64,000 nt of DNA from a virus (IMGVR_UViG_3300018914_000001:1-64000); one strand, 5' to 3'; numbered from the stretch's first letter, positions 24,045 through 32,573 are shown. Notes: generated by a model not told the origin, from the letters alone. Program-made: numbers and translations.

Positions 24045-24073
24045 ATTATATCAATAATTAGAGGATTTGTCAA
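24045..24073 (-). promoter_or_regulatory. SigA-type promoter with conserved spacer
   Basis: TTGACA AATCCTCTAATTATTGA TATAAT. Confidence 0.8.
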
Positions 24074-24639
24074 GAGGGATTAAGATTCCCCCTTACTCCT
24101 TGCTAAAACAAGTCGAATGATCGGCTTGTCTGGTTCCTCTTGATGTAAATTGTACACATCCTCCAATGTCAAACTTCCTTTATCGAGAAGCGTGTCAATA
24201 AAACTCACTTGCTCATAGTCAATAGGAAGCAGAGCCAAATTCTCCAATGCCTTCTTAGCATCTTTTTGATAAAATTCAACAAATTCAAAAAATGTGAATT
24301 TGCGTTGATTTAGTTTCCATTTACGGAAGGAGGCAATCGCCATTAGCTTCGAGCAAGGTTTACCCATATGATTATTGACAAATTCACGAAAGTCTTCCAA
24401 ATCATTGATAAGGATAATGGCTTTTTCATAGAGAGCCTTATCAGTGCCAAACATATCCAGAAGCGCTTTTTTGTAGTTGTTGGTAATTGCTTGTGTCATA
24501 TCGTGATGTGCCCCCTAAAAGTGAAGTAATTTTGGAACCTCATTGTACCATCCTAGAGAGTGAATTGCAAGAATATTTTAAGTCGAATAATGTCGAACGG
24601 TGTCAAATCATCGAAATAGTTTAAACTTCCTTGGATGGT

Positions 24640-25386
24640 TTAAATTTCCTTGGGAAAAGTATGAAGTCCTTTCAATTGGAGGAAGAGAAGATTTGCCATT
24701 TTCGATAAGAGGTTATCACCTTCAAGGATGAGTTCTTTGAAGCCAATCCAGAGCGGATATGCATTTTGCTCTACCATGCTTCCATCAGTTGTTCTATCGC
24801 CCTGTTTAAGACCAGTTACGTTGATAGCAAATAAATGCATAGTAGCAGTTGACATCTTAGTAGTATTAAACATACCAAAATAGGTCAACCTATCACGAGA
24901 AGCAACAAAACCAGATTCTTCTTGTAGCTCTTTCAGCGCACACTGAGCGGGAGTGATAGAATTATCATCATATCCTCCAGTCAAAGCGTATGTCTTGAAG
25001 ATGTCGCCGTGGGCTGGACGCTTCTCACGCACGGCGAGGAAAGAAATTTCTCCATCTTCTCCTATCGCATAGGGAAGAATGCCAACGCCTATATCATTCC
25101 ATTTTGGCTCGTGAGAAAACGTGTAGCCGCTATCTTGAAAGCGGTACACATGCAACCAACTATTGCCACCAAGAAAATCAACAGGTTTACCATGAAAATG
25201 TGTTTGAACTTTAATCAAATTGAAATTTGCTTCAACAAATTCCTCTGTAAGATCAAGAGCTTTACCTTGATCGTTAATCACACAATAAACAAGACCTGTG
25301 GATTCTCGAAGAAAGTCAAATACATCATAGGTAGCTCCCTTGGTAAAATCTTTCAACGAATTTGATGTGCATTCAAGCTTCATCAT
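24640..25386 (-). CDS. NUDIX hydrolase
   Basis: Nudix-like box GGYDDNSITPAQCALKELQEESGF. Confidence 0.75.
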   Translation of the reverse strand: MMKLECTSNSLKDFTKGATYDVFDFLRESTGLVYCVINDQGKALDLTEEFVEANFNLIKVQTHFHGKPVDFLGGNSWLHVYRFQDSGYTFSHEPKWNDIGVGILPYAIGEDGEISFLAVREKRPAHGDIFKTYALTGGYDDNSITPAQCALKELQEESGFVASRDRLTYFGMFNTTKMSTATMHLFAINVTGLKQGDRTTDGSMVEQNAYPLWIGFKELILEGDNLLSKMANLLFLQLKGLHTFPKEI

Positions 25387-26070
25387 TCTGCCACCTCTCT
25401 GTATGTTAAAACAGCATTTTTGTAGGCTTCTTGCTTCTGCCTACGAGATTCAGACACTTGCTTACTAGAAGGGTACAGCCCTTCCTCTTGGATAAGTCTT
25501 CTTGCCCTTGTGATAGATTCAGGCGGCGTAGCTCGTTCCATAAAAGAATTATACAAAGCTCTTCGGCCACTTTGCATATCCACATTATCTACCAACATCC
25601 AGTATAACATAAGGAGCGTTTTGTCGCTATCCCTAGCTTGCGGATATTGTTCCAAAAGATATTCGACGTGTTGCCTTACTGTCTTCTTAGCCATTTTCTA
25701 GTAGCAGATGCCAATGTTAATCGACTCAACATACATCTGTCGCCTGTGCTGATGTCTTTGGATAGAGTCACCTTCTGCTATCAGAAAAGAGTCGAATTCA
25801 TTCTGGAGAACGTTTGCCTCTTCTTCTTGTATTGAGGCAAAAAGTTCATCTTTGTCGATTAGCATGTTCTGCAACACCCTTTCTAATATCTTTCTATTAC
25901 AAGTCCTTCTTGCCTTAGAAGTTTGTACGCTTCACTGCCAACAGTGAAGCCAAACAATGTTTTCGACTACTTAGAACATGTTGCTTGCCATCAATCTCAA
26001 CCCTACTTGGAAAATGACTCTCGCATTGTTTACATTGTGGCAATAAATCACTTCCCTTTTAGTAAGGATT

Positions 26071-26147
26071 TGGTGGGCACATGGGGACTTGAACCCCAAA
26101 CCTTCAGATTATGAATCTGCCGCGCTAACCGATTGCGCCATATGCCC
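26071..26147 (-). tRNA. tRNA-Met/Ile2 (CAT)
   Basis: Cloverleaf, loop TT-CAT-AA, encoded CCA. Confidence 0.85.
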
Positions 26148-26154
26148 TTAAAAC

Positions 26155-26231
26155 TGGTGTGGCGAAGGAGATTCGAACTCCCACTGGACAAGGTTTAAGC
26201 TTGTTATCTCTGCCTATTGGATTACCGCCAC
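26155..26231 (-). tRNA. tRNA-Leu (TAA), short variable region
   Basis: ACAAG-CTTAAAC-CTTGT anticodon arm, TTCGAAT loop, ACCA end. Confidence 0.8.
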
Positions 26232-26278
26232 AAAATTAGAAAAAATATTGGGGTGATTCAGGCTCACCCCATACCTTT

Positions 26279-26983
26279 TTACTTTACTTCTTTGATTTGT
26301 ATATCGCAACAGTCATCTTTCTTGCGAGACTTGACTTTACCAATCAGCACCACAACAGCCGCGAATGCAAGCGGGATTATCCACTTCACAAAACCGTAGT
26401 CAGTGATAACCTGACTCATGTAATCTTCGGCAAGAATCATCTTCCCAGCCGCCCAACCAAGCAGAGCAGAGCCAATGTAAATGATGATGGGAAATTTGGA
26501 AATTGCCTTTTGAATCATACTGGAACCCCATACCATGATGGGCACAGAGAGAATCAGTCCAAAGATTACCAATGCGAAGCTGTGTTCCCCAGCGCTATTC
26601 GCCGCACCAGCTACAGCAAAAACGTTATCGAGAGACAGTGTAATGTCTGCTACAAGAATCGTTCCAACCGCACCCCAAAACGTTGTTTTTTGCTCAACGT
26701 GAGAACCTTCACTCTCTTGGTTGTCCAAGAGAAGTTTTACAGCAATATACAGCAGAAGTGCCGCACCAATCGTTTGGAGATACGGAATTGCCATTAACCA
26801 TACAGCCAAAAGGGTGAAAATGACTCGAAAAACAACCGCCCCAATTGTTCCATAAATGATTGCCTTTTTCTTTTCTGCCTCAGGTAGTTTTCGGCTGGCA
26901 AGGGCAATAACCACTGCATTATCACCACTCAAAATCAGATCGAGAATGATGATTGCCAACAAAGCGTACAAAATATCCAACAT
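26279..26983 (-). CDS. TerC-family (YjbE-like) membrane protein
   Basis: LSGDNAVVIALA and ADITLSLDNV motifs; multiple TM helices. Confidence 0.9.
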   Translation of the reverse strand: MLDILYALLAIIILDLILSGDNAVVIALASRKLPEAEKKKAIIYGTIGAVVFRVIFTLLAVWLMAIPYLQTIGAALLLYIAVKLLLDNQESEGSHVEQKTTFWGAVGTILVADITLSLDNVFAVAGAANSAGEHSFALVIFGLILSVPIMVWGSSMIQKAISKFPIIIYIGSALLGWAAGKMILAEDYMSQVITDYGFVKWIIPLAFAAVVVLIGKVKSRKKDDCCDIQIKEVK

Positions 26984-27092
26984 TTATCTATCCCCTTATG
27001 ATAGTTTTTGAGGTAGAAGGAGCGTTAAGCTCCCCCACCAGTGTTACCATTGCCAGTATTCTTCTTAGGCGGTCGTGCAAGGTTGACTTTCA

Positions 27093-27770
27093 TTACGCAC
27101 TCAGCCCCACAAGGCGGCACAGACCAGCAAGACCATCGTTGAAGCCTTGCCCAATTGCTTCAAACTTCCAGTCGCCGTTGTGCTTGTACAGGCGACCAGC
27201 GACAACAGCCGTTTGAGTGGAGAAATCTTCTCCAAGGTCAAAGTTCACAAGCTTGTTGTTCGTGTTGTCAGCGTCAACAACTCGAATGAACGCATCGTTG
27301 ACTTGTCCAAACGTCAGTTGAACAGGAAGCGGATTGCCGTTTTCGTCTTCGTTGTGGATGGTTACGCAGAACAAGATGGAATCAACGTCAGCGGGCATCT
27401 TGTCGAAGTTGACGTATACAGTTTCGTCAGCTTCACCAATGCCGCCAGCGGAACCAGTACGTTCATCGCCAGTGTGACGTACAGCACCAGATTCATGTTC
27501 AAGATTGCTGTAGAAGATCATGTTTTTCGGAGCCATGCCGCCGTGGGATAATTTTACCCAATCATTTGGGCCTTGCTTGACTTGACCATACGGATTTTGA
27601 GTGGTTTTGAAAGAGCTGTCCAACATGAATGCCGTTACGTCAAGATCATGCTTCACACCATCGAAAACTTGCGCAGACCATCCAAGTTCAACCATAACAG
27701 CCTTCAAGGTTGTACCTTTAGTGAGGTCTACCTTTTGACCTTTAGAGAGGTTTACGGAAAATTGAGACAT
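27093..27770 (-). CDS. terD: TerD-family stress protein
   Basis: LSKGQKVDLTK, GW, DLD, HTGDERTG, FGQV, WKFEAIGQG. Confidence 0.9.
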   Translation of the reverse strand: MSQFSVNLSKGQKVDLTKGTTLKAVMVELGWSAQVFDGVKHDLDVTAFMLDSSFKTTQNPYGQVKQGPNDWVKLSHGGMAPKNMIFYSNLEHESGAVRHTGDERTGSAGGIGEADETVYVNFDKMPADVDSILFCVTIHNEDENGNPLPVQLTFGQVNDAFIRVVDADNTNNKLVNFDLGEDFSTQTAVVAGRLYKHNGDWKFEAIGQGFNDGLAGLCRLVGLSA

Positions 27771-27842
27771 CTTGTTTATCCCCTTTCGGATACTGGAAGT
27801 TTTATTCAGGGGGGCAACTTTTACCCCCCTGATGGATTTTAC

Positions 27843-28937
27843 CTACTTGCGCAGTTGTTCAGTTTGCGGCTGTTGTTGAAGAACAACCTTCGCCTGAGCC
27901 GCACTATTAACAGCATCCTTGGCAATCTCTTGGACTTTGTCCATAGCATTACCAGAAACTGCTAGAGCCGCTTGCAGTTGCGCCTTCAAGTCTTCAACTT
28001 GAGACTCTAAAGACTCAACTTTGTGTTGAAGAATTTCAACCTTGGACTCATGCTTCGCTTGAAGCAAAGCAACTGCATTGTCGTGATCTTTGGTTAGAGT
28101 ATCGGTAACAACCTTCACTCGTTTTTCAACCTCTTTGGCAACTGCTTCATCGAAGCCAGCAACTTCTCTTTCTAGTTCAGCATAGAACTCAGTTTTTTCA
28201 TCAAGAGCCGCTTCACGCTTGTCCAGAGTTTCTTCACGCTCATCAAGCACTTTGTTTTCAGCATCAAGAGCTTCTTGATGACGCTTTTTCATAGCCGTCA
28301 GTTCGTCGTTCAATTTGTCGCGATCTTGTTGCTGTTTGCGCTGAAACTCATAAGCCCATTCTGCTTCTTTGCGCTTACGATCAGCTTCTGCATCGTCAGC
28401 AAGACGCTTGATCTCAGCGTCAATGCGTTCCCTCTCAGACTTGACATAAGCGTCCGCTTCGTCAATAGCCGCTTGCAGTTCAGCTTTTTTCTTTTCCATT
28501 TCTGCAACAAATTCTGCTTTTGCGTCCATTTGGGCATTCAGAATTTGTTGCAAAGTCAGAGTAGCCGCCTTGATATTGGTCAGTTGTTCAACCTCAGCGG
28601 ACAAAGTATCACGTGCAGTGGTCAGATCAGCGAACTCTTTAGCGAGTTTGCCAAGTTCATTGCCAGTTTCAGCAAGAGACTTCGCCAGTTCGTCGCCAAG
28701 TTCAGCAAAGCGAACAGCGATAGACCCGCTTGCAATCGCTTCAGCATTTGCAAGGGCTTCAGCAACACGTTTCGCGTCAGCTTCACCAGTCAGGTCAATC
28801 TTGCCCTCTTTTTGTGCCGCGATAACCGCGCCAGCCTTTTCAAGCAATTGAGTCATAACAGTTTTGCTGGTCTTACTTGCGTTTGCGACCGCATCATTGA
28901 TTTGCGTTACCAGCGGCTTTTGATCGTTTTGAGACAT
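27843..28937 (-). CDS. Long coiled-coil protein
   Basis: Ala/Glu/Lys-rich heptads throughout. Confidence 0.7.
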   Translation of the reverse strand: MSQNDQKPLVTQINDAVANASKTSKTVMTQLLEKAGAVIAAQKEGKIDLTGEADAKRVAEALANAEAIASGSIAVRFAELGDELAKSLAETGNELGKLAKEFADLTTARDTLSAEVEQLTNIKAATLTLQQILNAQMDAKAEFVAEMEKKKAELQAAIDEADAYVKSERERIDAEIKRLADDAEADRKRKEAEWAYEFQRKQQQDRDKLNDELTAMKKRHQEALDAENKVLDEREETLDKREAALDEKTEFYAELEREVAGFDEAVAKEVEKRVKVVTDTLTKDHDNAVALLQAKHESKVEILQHKVESLESQVEDLKAQLQAALAVSGNAMDKVQEIAKDAVNSAAQAKVVLQQQPQTEQLRK

Positions 28938-28997
28938 TGTTTAAGTTCCCCCTTGGAGTATGTGAATTTTGGTTATTACTGTAAATTGCGGAGAATT

Positions 28998-29228
28998 TTA
29001 CGCCGTTTGCAACGTGGTCTTTGCGGCTCTTGCATTCGCAAGACCTGCTTTGTTATATTCGAATACTGCAACGCCGTTTTGCCAATTTTGGATTACGCCG
29101 TTTGCATCGACAACTGCGTGTTTCACGCCATAAAGCGTCTTGATGGTTTTGACATACAAGCGTACAGACTGTTTAGCCTTGGAAGCTTCTTGCGCTTCAT
29201 GCTTGACTTGCTTCTTGTTCTTTGCCAT
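28998..29228 (-). CDS. Small basic hypothetical protein
   Basis: ORF with GGAGG RBS. Confidence 0.55.
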   Translation of the reverse strand: MAKNKKQVKHEAQEASKAKQSVRLYVKTIKTLYGVKHAVVDANGVIQNWQNGVAVFEYNKAGLANARAAKTTLQTA

Positions 29229-29266
29229 CTGTTTCATCCTCCAATAATTTCGTGATTTGTAAAAAC

Positions 29267-29319
29267 GAGGCACATTTGTCCACTATAACCATAGCATATG
29301 TAATTGCTGTACGCGCCTC
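29267..29319 (-). ncRNA. ACAGCA-stem RNA #1
   Basis: GAGGCGC-GT-ACAGCAA...GTGCCTC terminal helix. Confidence 0.6.
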
Positions 29320-29323
29320 TAAA

Positions 29324-29397
29324 TGGAGCGAGTAAAGGGAATCGAACCCTTGCCGCCAGAGTGGAAGTCTAGCATTCTACCGTTAAAATATACTCGC
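29324..29397 (-). tRNA. tRNA-Gly (TCC)
   Basis: GCG...CGC-T-CCA, loop CT-TCC-AC. Confidence 0.85.
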
Positions 29398-29459
29398 ATA
29401 TCCTGCTGGGCTATCTGTGCCAAGACACCCAGCAGAAGGAGGTTTGATAAGTTGAAAAA

Positions 29460-29534
29460 TGGTACGCCCTACTGGATTCGAACCAGTGGCTCCCTGATTA
29501 AAAGTCAGGTACTCTACCGCTGAGTTAAGAGCGC
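29460..29534 (-). tRNA. tRNA-Lys (TTT)
   Basis: CCTGA-CTTTTAA-TCAGG, ACCA end. Confidence 0.9.
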
Positions 29535-29609
29535 ATATCTGGCTTTACCTAGCAAAGCAAGCGGTTCTTTGCCGAAGAGAAGCAAGTTTTACTCTTTCTT
29601 TAAAGGTAT

Positions 29610-29736
29610 TGGTGGGGAGAGAAGGATTCGAACCAACAACCCTCAGTGTTCACCTGTTGGATAAATTGCTGTACGTGACTCTTGTTAACAAGTCACATTC
29701 CATTGACTGATGCTCTGCCAATTGAGCTATCTCCCC
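29610..29736 (-). ncRNA. ACAGCA RNA #2: CCA-ended tRNA body with the module inserted in the anticodon loop
   Basis: GGGGAGA/TCTCCCC-ACCA, D arm, TCAGT/ACTGA stem enclosing GTGACT..AGTCAC-GT-ACAGCAA. Confidence 0.65.
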
Positions 29737-29742
29737 AAGAAC

Positions 29743-29816
29743 TGGTCTTCTGGTTGGATTCGAACCAACGACACAGGAGCAACATGCCCCATCATCTACC
29801 GCTGAGTTACAGAAGA
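29743..29816 (-). tRNA. Atypical tRNA-like gene (TGT/Thr-like loop, non-canonical)
   Basis: TCTTCTG/CAGAAGA-CCA and an intact T arm; poor D arm, loop lacks U33. Confidence 0.45.
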
Positions 29817-29825
29817 TATATACAC

Positions 29826-29942
29826 TAGGCGCGATCAAGTTTTTGCAGAAGTAAGGATTCGAACCTCAGACCTCATGATTATCAGTCATGCGCTCTACCA
29901 ACTGAGCTACTTCAGCGACTTTAAAACTGCTGTTCACGCCTA
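29826..29942 (-). ncRNA. ACAGCA RNA #3 enclosing a complete CCA-less tRNA-Ile (GAT) at 29844-29916
   Basis: TAGGCGT-GA-ACAGCA...[tRNA-Ile cloverleaf]...GCGCCTA. Confidence 0.7.
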
Positions 29943-29954
29943 ATTTTAAAATAA

Positions 29955-30079
29955 TGGTGGGCGGTGCGGGAATCGAACCCACTCCTTTTTCTTTGACATG
30001 GAAAATTTGCTTTTTGGTTGGATTGCTGTGAGAGTCTAACTAGACTCTATAAGCTTAATGCGCCATACACCAACCGCCC
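29955..30079 (-). ncRNA. ACAGCA RNA #4: CCA-ended tRNA body with the module replacing the anticodon arm
   Basis: GGGCGGT/ACCGCCC-ACCA, T arm, internal AGAGTCT..AGACTCT-C-ACAGCAA. Confidence 0.65.
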
Positions 30080-30083
30080 ATTA

Positions 30084-30159
30084 TGGCGTACCCTACAGGA
30101 CTCGAACCTGTGACCCACCGCTTAGAAGGCGGTTGCTCTATCCACTGAGCTAAGGATAC
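30084..30159 (-). tRNA. tRNA-Arg (TCT)
   Basis: Canonical cloverleaf, CT-TCT-AA, GCCA end. Confidence 0.9.
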
Positions 30160-30167
30160 ATTATTAC

Positions 30168-30260
30168 AAGGCACTAACTTTTGCTCCCAAGTGAGCATTT
30201 ACCAGTCTGTGGCGGTAAATTTGGATTCGAACCAATAAAATTACTTGCTGTAAGTGCCTT
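30168..30260 (-). ncRNA. ACAGCA RNA #5: YrlA-like circularly permuted tRNA mimic
   Basis: AAGGCACT-T-ACAGCAA, then T arm (TTGG-TTCGAAT-CCAA), looped acceptor-like stem (ATTTACC-GCCACAGACT-GGTAAAT), D-like arm (GCTC-ACTTGG-GAGC), closing AGTGCCTT. Confidence 0.7.
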
Positions 30261-30267
30261 CTCTTGC

Positions 30268-30296
30268 ATTCTAACAATAATCGGAGGATTTGTCAA
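30268..30296 (-). promoter_or_regulatory. SigA-type promoter directly upstream of the YrlA-like RNA
   Basis: TTGACA AATCCTCCGATTATTGT TAGAAT. Confidence 0.8.
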
Positions 30297-30314
30297 CCTT
30301 TTTGTTAGATTTTT

Positions 30315-30437
30315 TGGTAGCCTGTAGAGGAATCGAACCTCTGATACCGCCTCCTGATGGTTAGCGAAAATTGCTGTGAAAGTCTAACTACTAGACTCGT
30401 TTGCTTTTTCGGCGTGTTGCCACTACACTAACAGGCT
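30315..30437 (-). ncRNA. ACAGCA RNA #6: CCA-ended tRNA body with the module in the anticodon arm
   Basis: AGCCTGT/ACAGGCT-ACCA, D and T arms, internal GAGTCTA..TAGACTT-TC-ACAGCAA. Confidence 0.65.
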
Positions 30438-30441
30438 ATAT

Positions 30442-30519
30442 TGGCAGGGGCAATAGGAATCGAACCTACCTCTCGCCGCTTTGGAGGCGGCAACGCCTAG
30501 CCTTGGAACATGTGCCCCT
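30442..30519 (-). tRNA. tRNA-Trp (CCA)
   Basis: AGGGGCA/TGCCCCT-GCCA; GCCGC-CTCCAAA-GCGGC; irregular D arm. Confidence 0.75.
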
Positions 30520-30560
30520 GTATTTGTGAGGGAATTTTCATCCCCTCACTTCTTGATTAT

Positions 30561-30589
30561 ATTCTAGCATTTGCTAGAGATAAAGTCAA
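30561..30589 (-). promoter_or_regulatory. SigA-type promoter for the tRNA/RNA run
   Basis: TTGACT-17-TAGAAT with extended -10 TG. Confidence 0.65.
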
Positions 30590-30610
30590 GAGATTTTTTC
30601 AAAAGTTTTC

Positions 30611-30772
30611 TTAGCCAATCACAATGATCGTCCACGGAAGCGGAGGATCGTTTTGGACAACCCGATTCTCGCTATCAGGAGTGATAGGGATAATCTCTGC
30701 TTGATAAGACAGACCGATCATGGCAGAAAAAATCGCTCCAACAATCAAAGTACTAGCGACAACCTTCTTCAT
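30611..30772 (-). CDS. Small secreted peptide precursor (53 aa)
   Basis: MKKVVASTLIVGAIFSAMIGLSYQAEIIPITPDSENRVVQNDPPLPWTIIVIG; AAGGGGG RBS; TTGACA-17-TAGGCT upstream. Confidence 0.6.
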   Translation of the reverse strand: MKKVVASTLIVGAIFSAMIGLSYQAEIIPITPDSENRVVQNDPPLPWTIIVIG

Positions 30773-30844
30773 TGCTCAGAAGCCCCCTTGTTATCTTTTG
30801 GTAAGACAAGCCTACCAGATTACAGTAGACTTGTCAACACCTTT

Positions 30845-32347
30845 TTAGACAGTGACTTGTGCGTAACGATCAGCATTCAAAACTTCCAGCATCAGATCAT
30901 AAGCAGACAGGTTAGTACCAGCCAGCAGATTGCGGAAGATCGAAGGAGATGCACCAGAAACAAGCTGTACGCCGTTGTCCGTCATCGTAACAGGGAATTG
31001 ATCGTTACGAGCGTTGACATTCCAGAATACCAGTTTAGGCATTTCGTACCCTGCCGCATGATATTCACTGCGGATAGTCTGGAATAACGTTTTGCTTTTG
31101 GATGCTCCGCGATCAGCAGAATCGAACTCCATATCAGAGACGATAAAAATAACCCCGATCATTTCATTCTGCGGAATATTATGCTTTTTCGCGGTGTTCA
31201 AAATCATGTCAAATACAGCCTTTACATTGGTGTTCATCTCCCAATGTGCGCGGTACATGTTGGTGACTTTCTCATGCAGGGTTTTCCCCTGAATCTTAAC
31301 CAGTTGCGGACGATTAGAGAAGGTCATAAAGTGGTCTTTGTAGACAGCACTTTTATTGCGTTCAGCCATGTACATAGCCAGAGAGATAGACACATCAAGC
31401 GGTCTGATAGAGCTATGATAGCTTGTTGCGGTCATAGAACCAGAAACATCAGCTACAACCATGCCGTTGACAGCATTGTCGCCCATGTAGTCAGGCAGAG
31501 CCTTCCACATCTCGTCAACAGTCACATCGTTACGCTGGAATGCTTTCAGAACCAACTCGTAAGGGTATAGAGTCGAAGCATTAATCTTCTTCTCGCCCTT
31601 TTGCAGAGAGTCCAAGAACGCTTGGTAACGTTCAGGAGTGTGACGCTTGAAGGCTTCTCTGTATTGCAAACCAGCTTTAGAAGGCAGTTTATCGAACTGA
31701 ATTTCCTCCCAGCGGTTTTGGGACATCAGAGTTTCGAGCAGATTAATCGCACTACGCTTTTTCGCAAGTGCTTTGCGGTACTGCTCTTCGGACAGCCCAA
31801 GATATTTTGCAGTACGCTTTGCGTATGCAATCTTCTGACGCTTTTCAGGAGTCAGATTACGCTTGTGCTTAACCCCATCTTTCCCTTTTTTTAGGGAAGG
31901 GAAGTTGATAGAATGGAGCCACTTTGCCATCAAGGAAGGCTTGTCCCAATTCTCTTTGATAAGAGTCAGAACGTCTTGCTCCAGTCGAGTGTCGAACAGA
32001 GCGTAGATGTCATCCCAACGTCCATACTCTTCGAACAGGTGGAGATTCTTTTTGAGAACGTCAGCGTAAGGCTGATTCATTCCCATATATCGAACGATCA
32101 CGCGGAACAGTCTGCGTTCACCTTGACCACCACGAATGTCGCGGAAGTAGAAGAGTGCCTTCAGTGCCAGTAGTGCATCTTCAGAGAATGCTTTTGTGAA
32201 AGCTCTGATGATGGATTGCTCGTCACGTTGACGCATTGCACCGCCAGTAGCAAAGAAGTCCAGTACATCACTCTTTGTAGTACGATGAGCGAGAGCGCCA
32301 TTCTCAGTGTGCGCGAAGTTAGTTGCATTTTTCAGGTGTTCCAACAT
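30845..32347 (-). CDS. DUF2828-family protein (helical N-terminus plus C-terminal vWA; Ro60/TROVE-like architecture)
   Basis: TENGA, RDIRGGQGER, YGRWDD, AKW, LYPYE, DVSGSM (MIDAS), SDMEFD, VFWN, SGASP motifs. Confidence 0.85.
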   Translation of the reverse strand: MLEHLKNATNFAHTENGALAHRTTKSDVLDFFATGGAMRQRDEQSIIRAFTKAFSEDALLALKALFYFRDIRGGQGERRLFRVIVRYMGMNQPYADVLKKNLHLFEEYGRWDDIYALFDTRLEQDVLTLIKENWDKPSLMAKWLHSINFPSLKKGKDGVKHKRNLTPEKRQKIAYAKRTAKYLGLSEEQYRKALAKKRSAINLLETLMSQNRWEEIQFDKLPSKAGLQYREAFKRHTPERYQAFLDSLQKGEKKINASTLYPYELVLKAFQRNDVTVDEMWKALPDYMGDNAVNGMVVADVSGSMTATSYHSSIRPLDVSISLAMYMAERNKSAVYKDHFMTFSNRPQLVKIQGKTLHEKVTNMYRAHWEMNTNVKAVFDMILNTAKKHNIPQNEMIGVIFIVSDMEFDSADRGASKSKTLFQTIRSEYHAAGYEMPKLVFWNVNARNDQFPVTMTDNGVQLVSGASPSIFRNLLAGTNLSAYDLMLEVLNADRYAQVTV

Positions 32348-32383
32348 TAAAATCATCTCCTTGTTTTCTAATTGGAATCCTGC

Positions 32384-32455
32384 TAGACGCTTTGCACATT
32401 TGTCGTTGTGCGAAAAGAGATTTTTGGAGACAATGTGTACTGCTGTAAGCGTCTA
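32384..32455 (-). ncRNA. ACAGCA-stem RNA #7 (immediately upstream of DUF2828)
   Basis: TAGACGCTT-ACAGCA...AAGCGTCTA. Confidence 0.65.
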
Positions 32456-32479
32456 ATCAAGATTTATAAAACTTTATAC

Positions 32480-32569
32480 TAGGCACAATTCTTGGGGAAT
32501 TGAACCCCTGAATTTCCTTGGAAGGGAAATTTGCATCCACGCAGTAGTTGTGTTTGCTGTATGTGCCTA
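32480..32569 (-). ncRNA. ACAGCA RNA #8 with D-like arm, Gly(TCC) anticodon arm and T arm
   Basis: TAGGCACA-T-ACAGCAA...AATTTCC-CTTCCAA-GGAAATT, GGGG-TTCAATT-CCCC...TGTGCCTA. Confidence 0.65.
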
Positions 32570-32573
32570 TTTT

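Noticed and set aside
29323-29838. Short ORFs overlapping tRNA genes (also 33269, 34399, 35340, 36197)
   Set aside because: Spurious frames over tRNA/ncRNA sequence
29610-30437. Anticodon-arm inserts as group I or bulge-helix-bulge tRNA introns
   Set aside because: Far too short for group I, no bulge-helix-bulge seen, and removal does not obviously restore a canonical 7-nt anticodon loop
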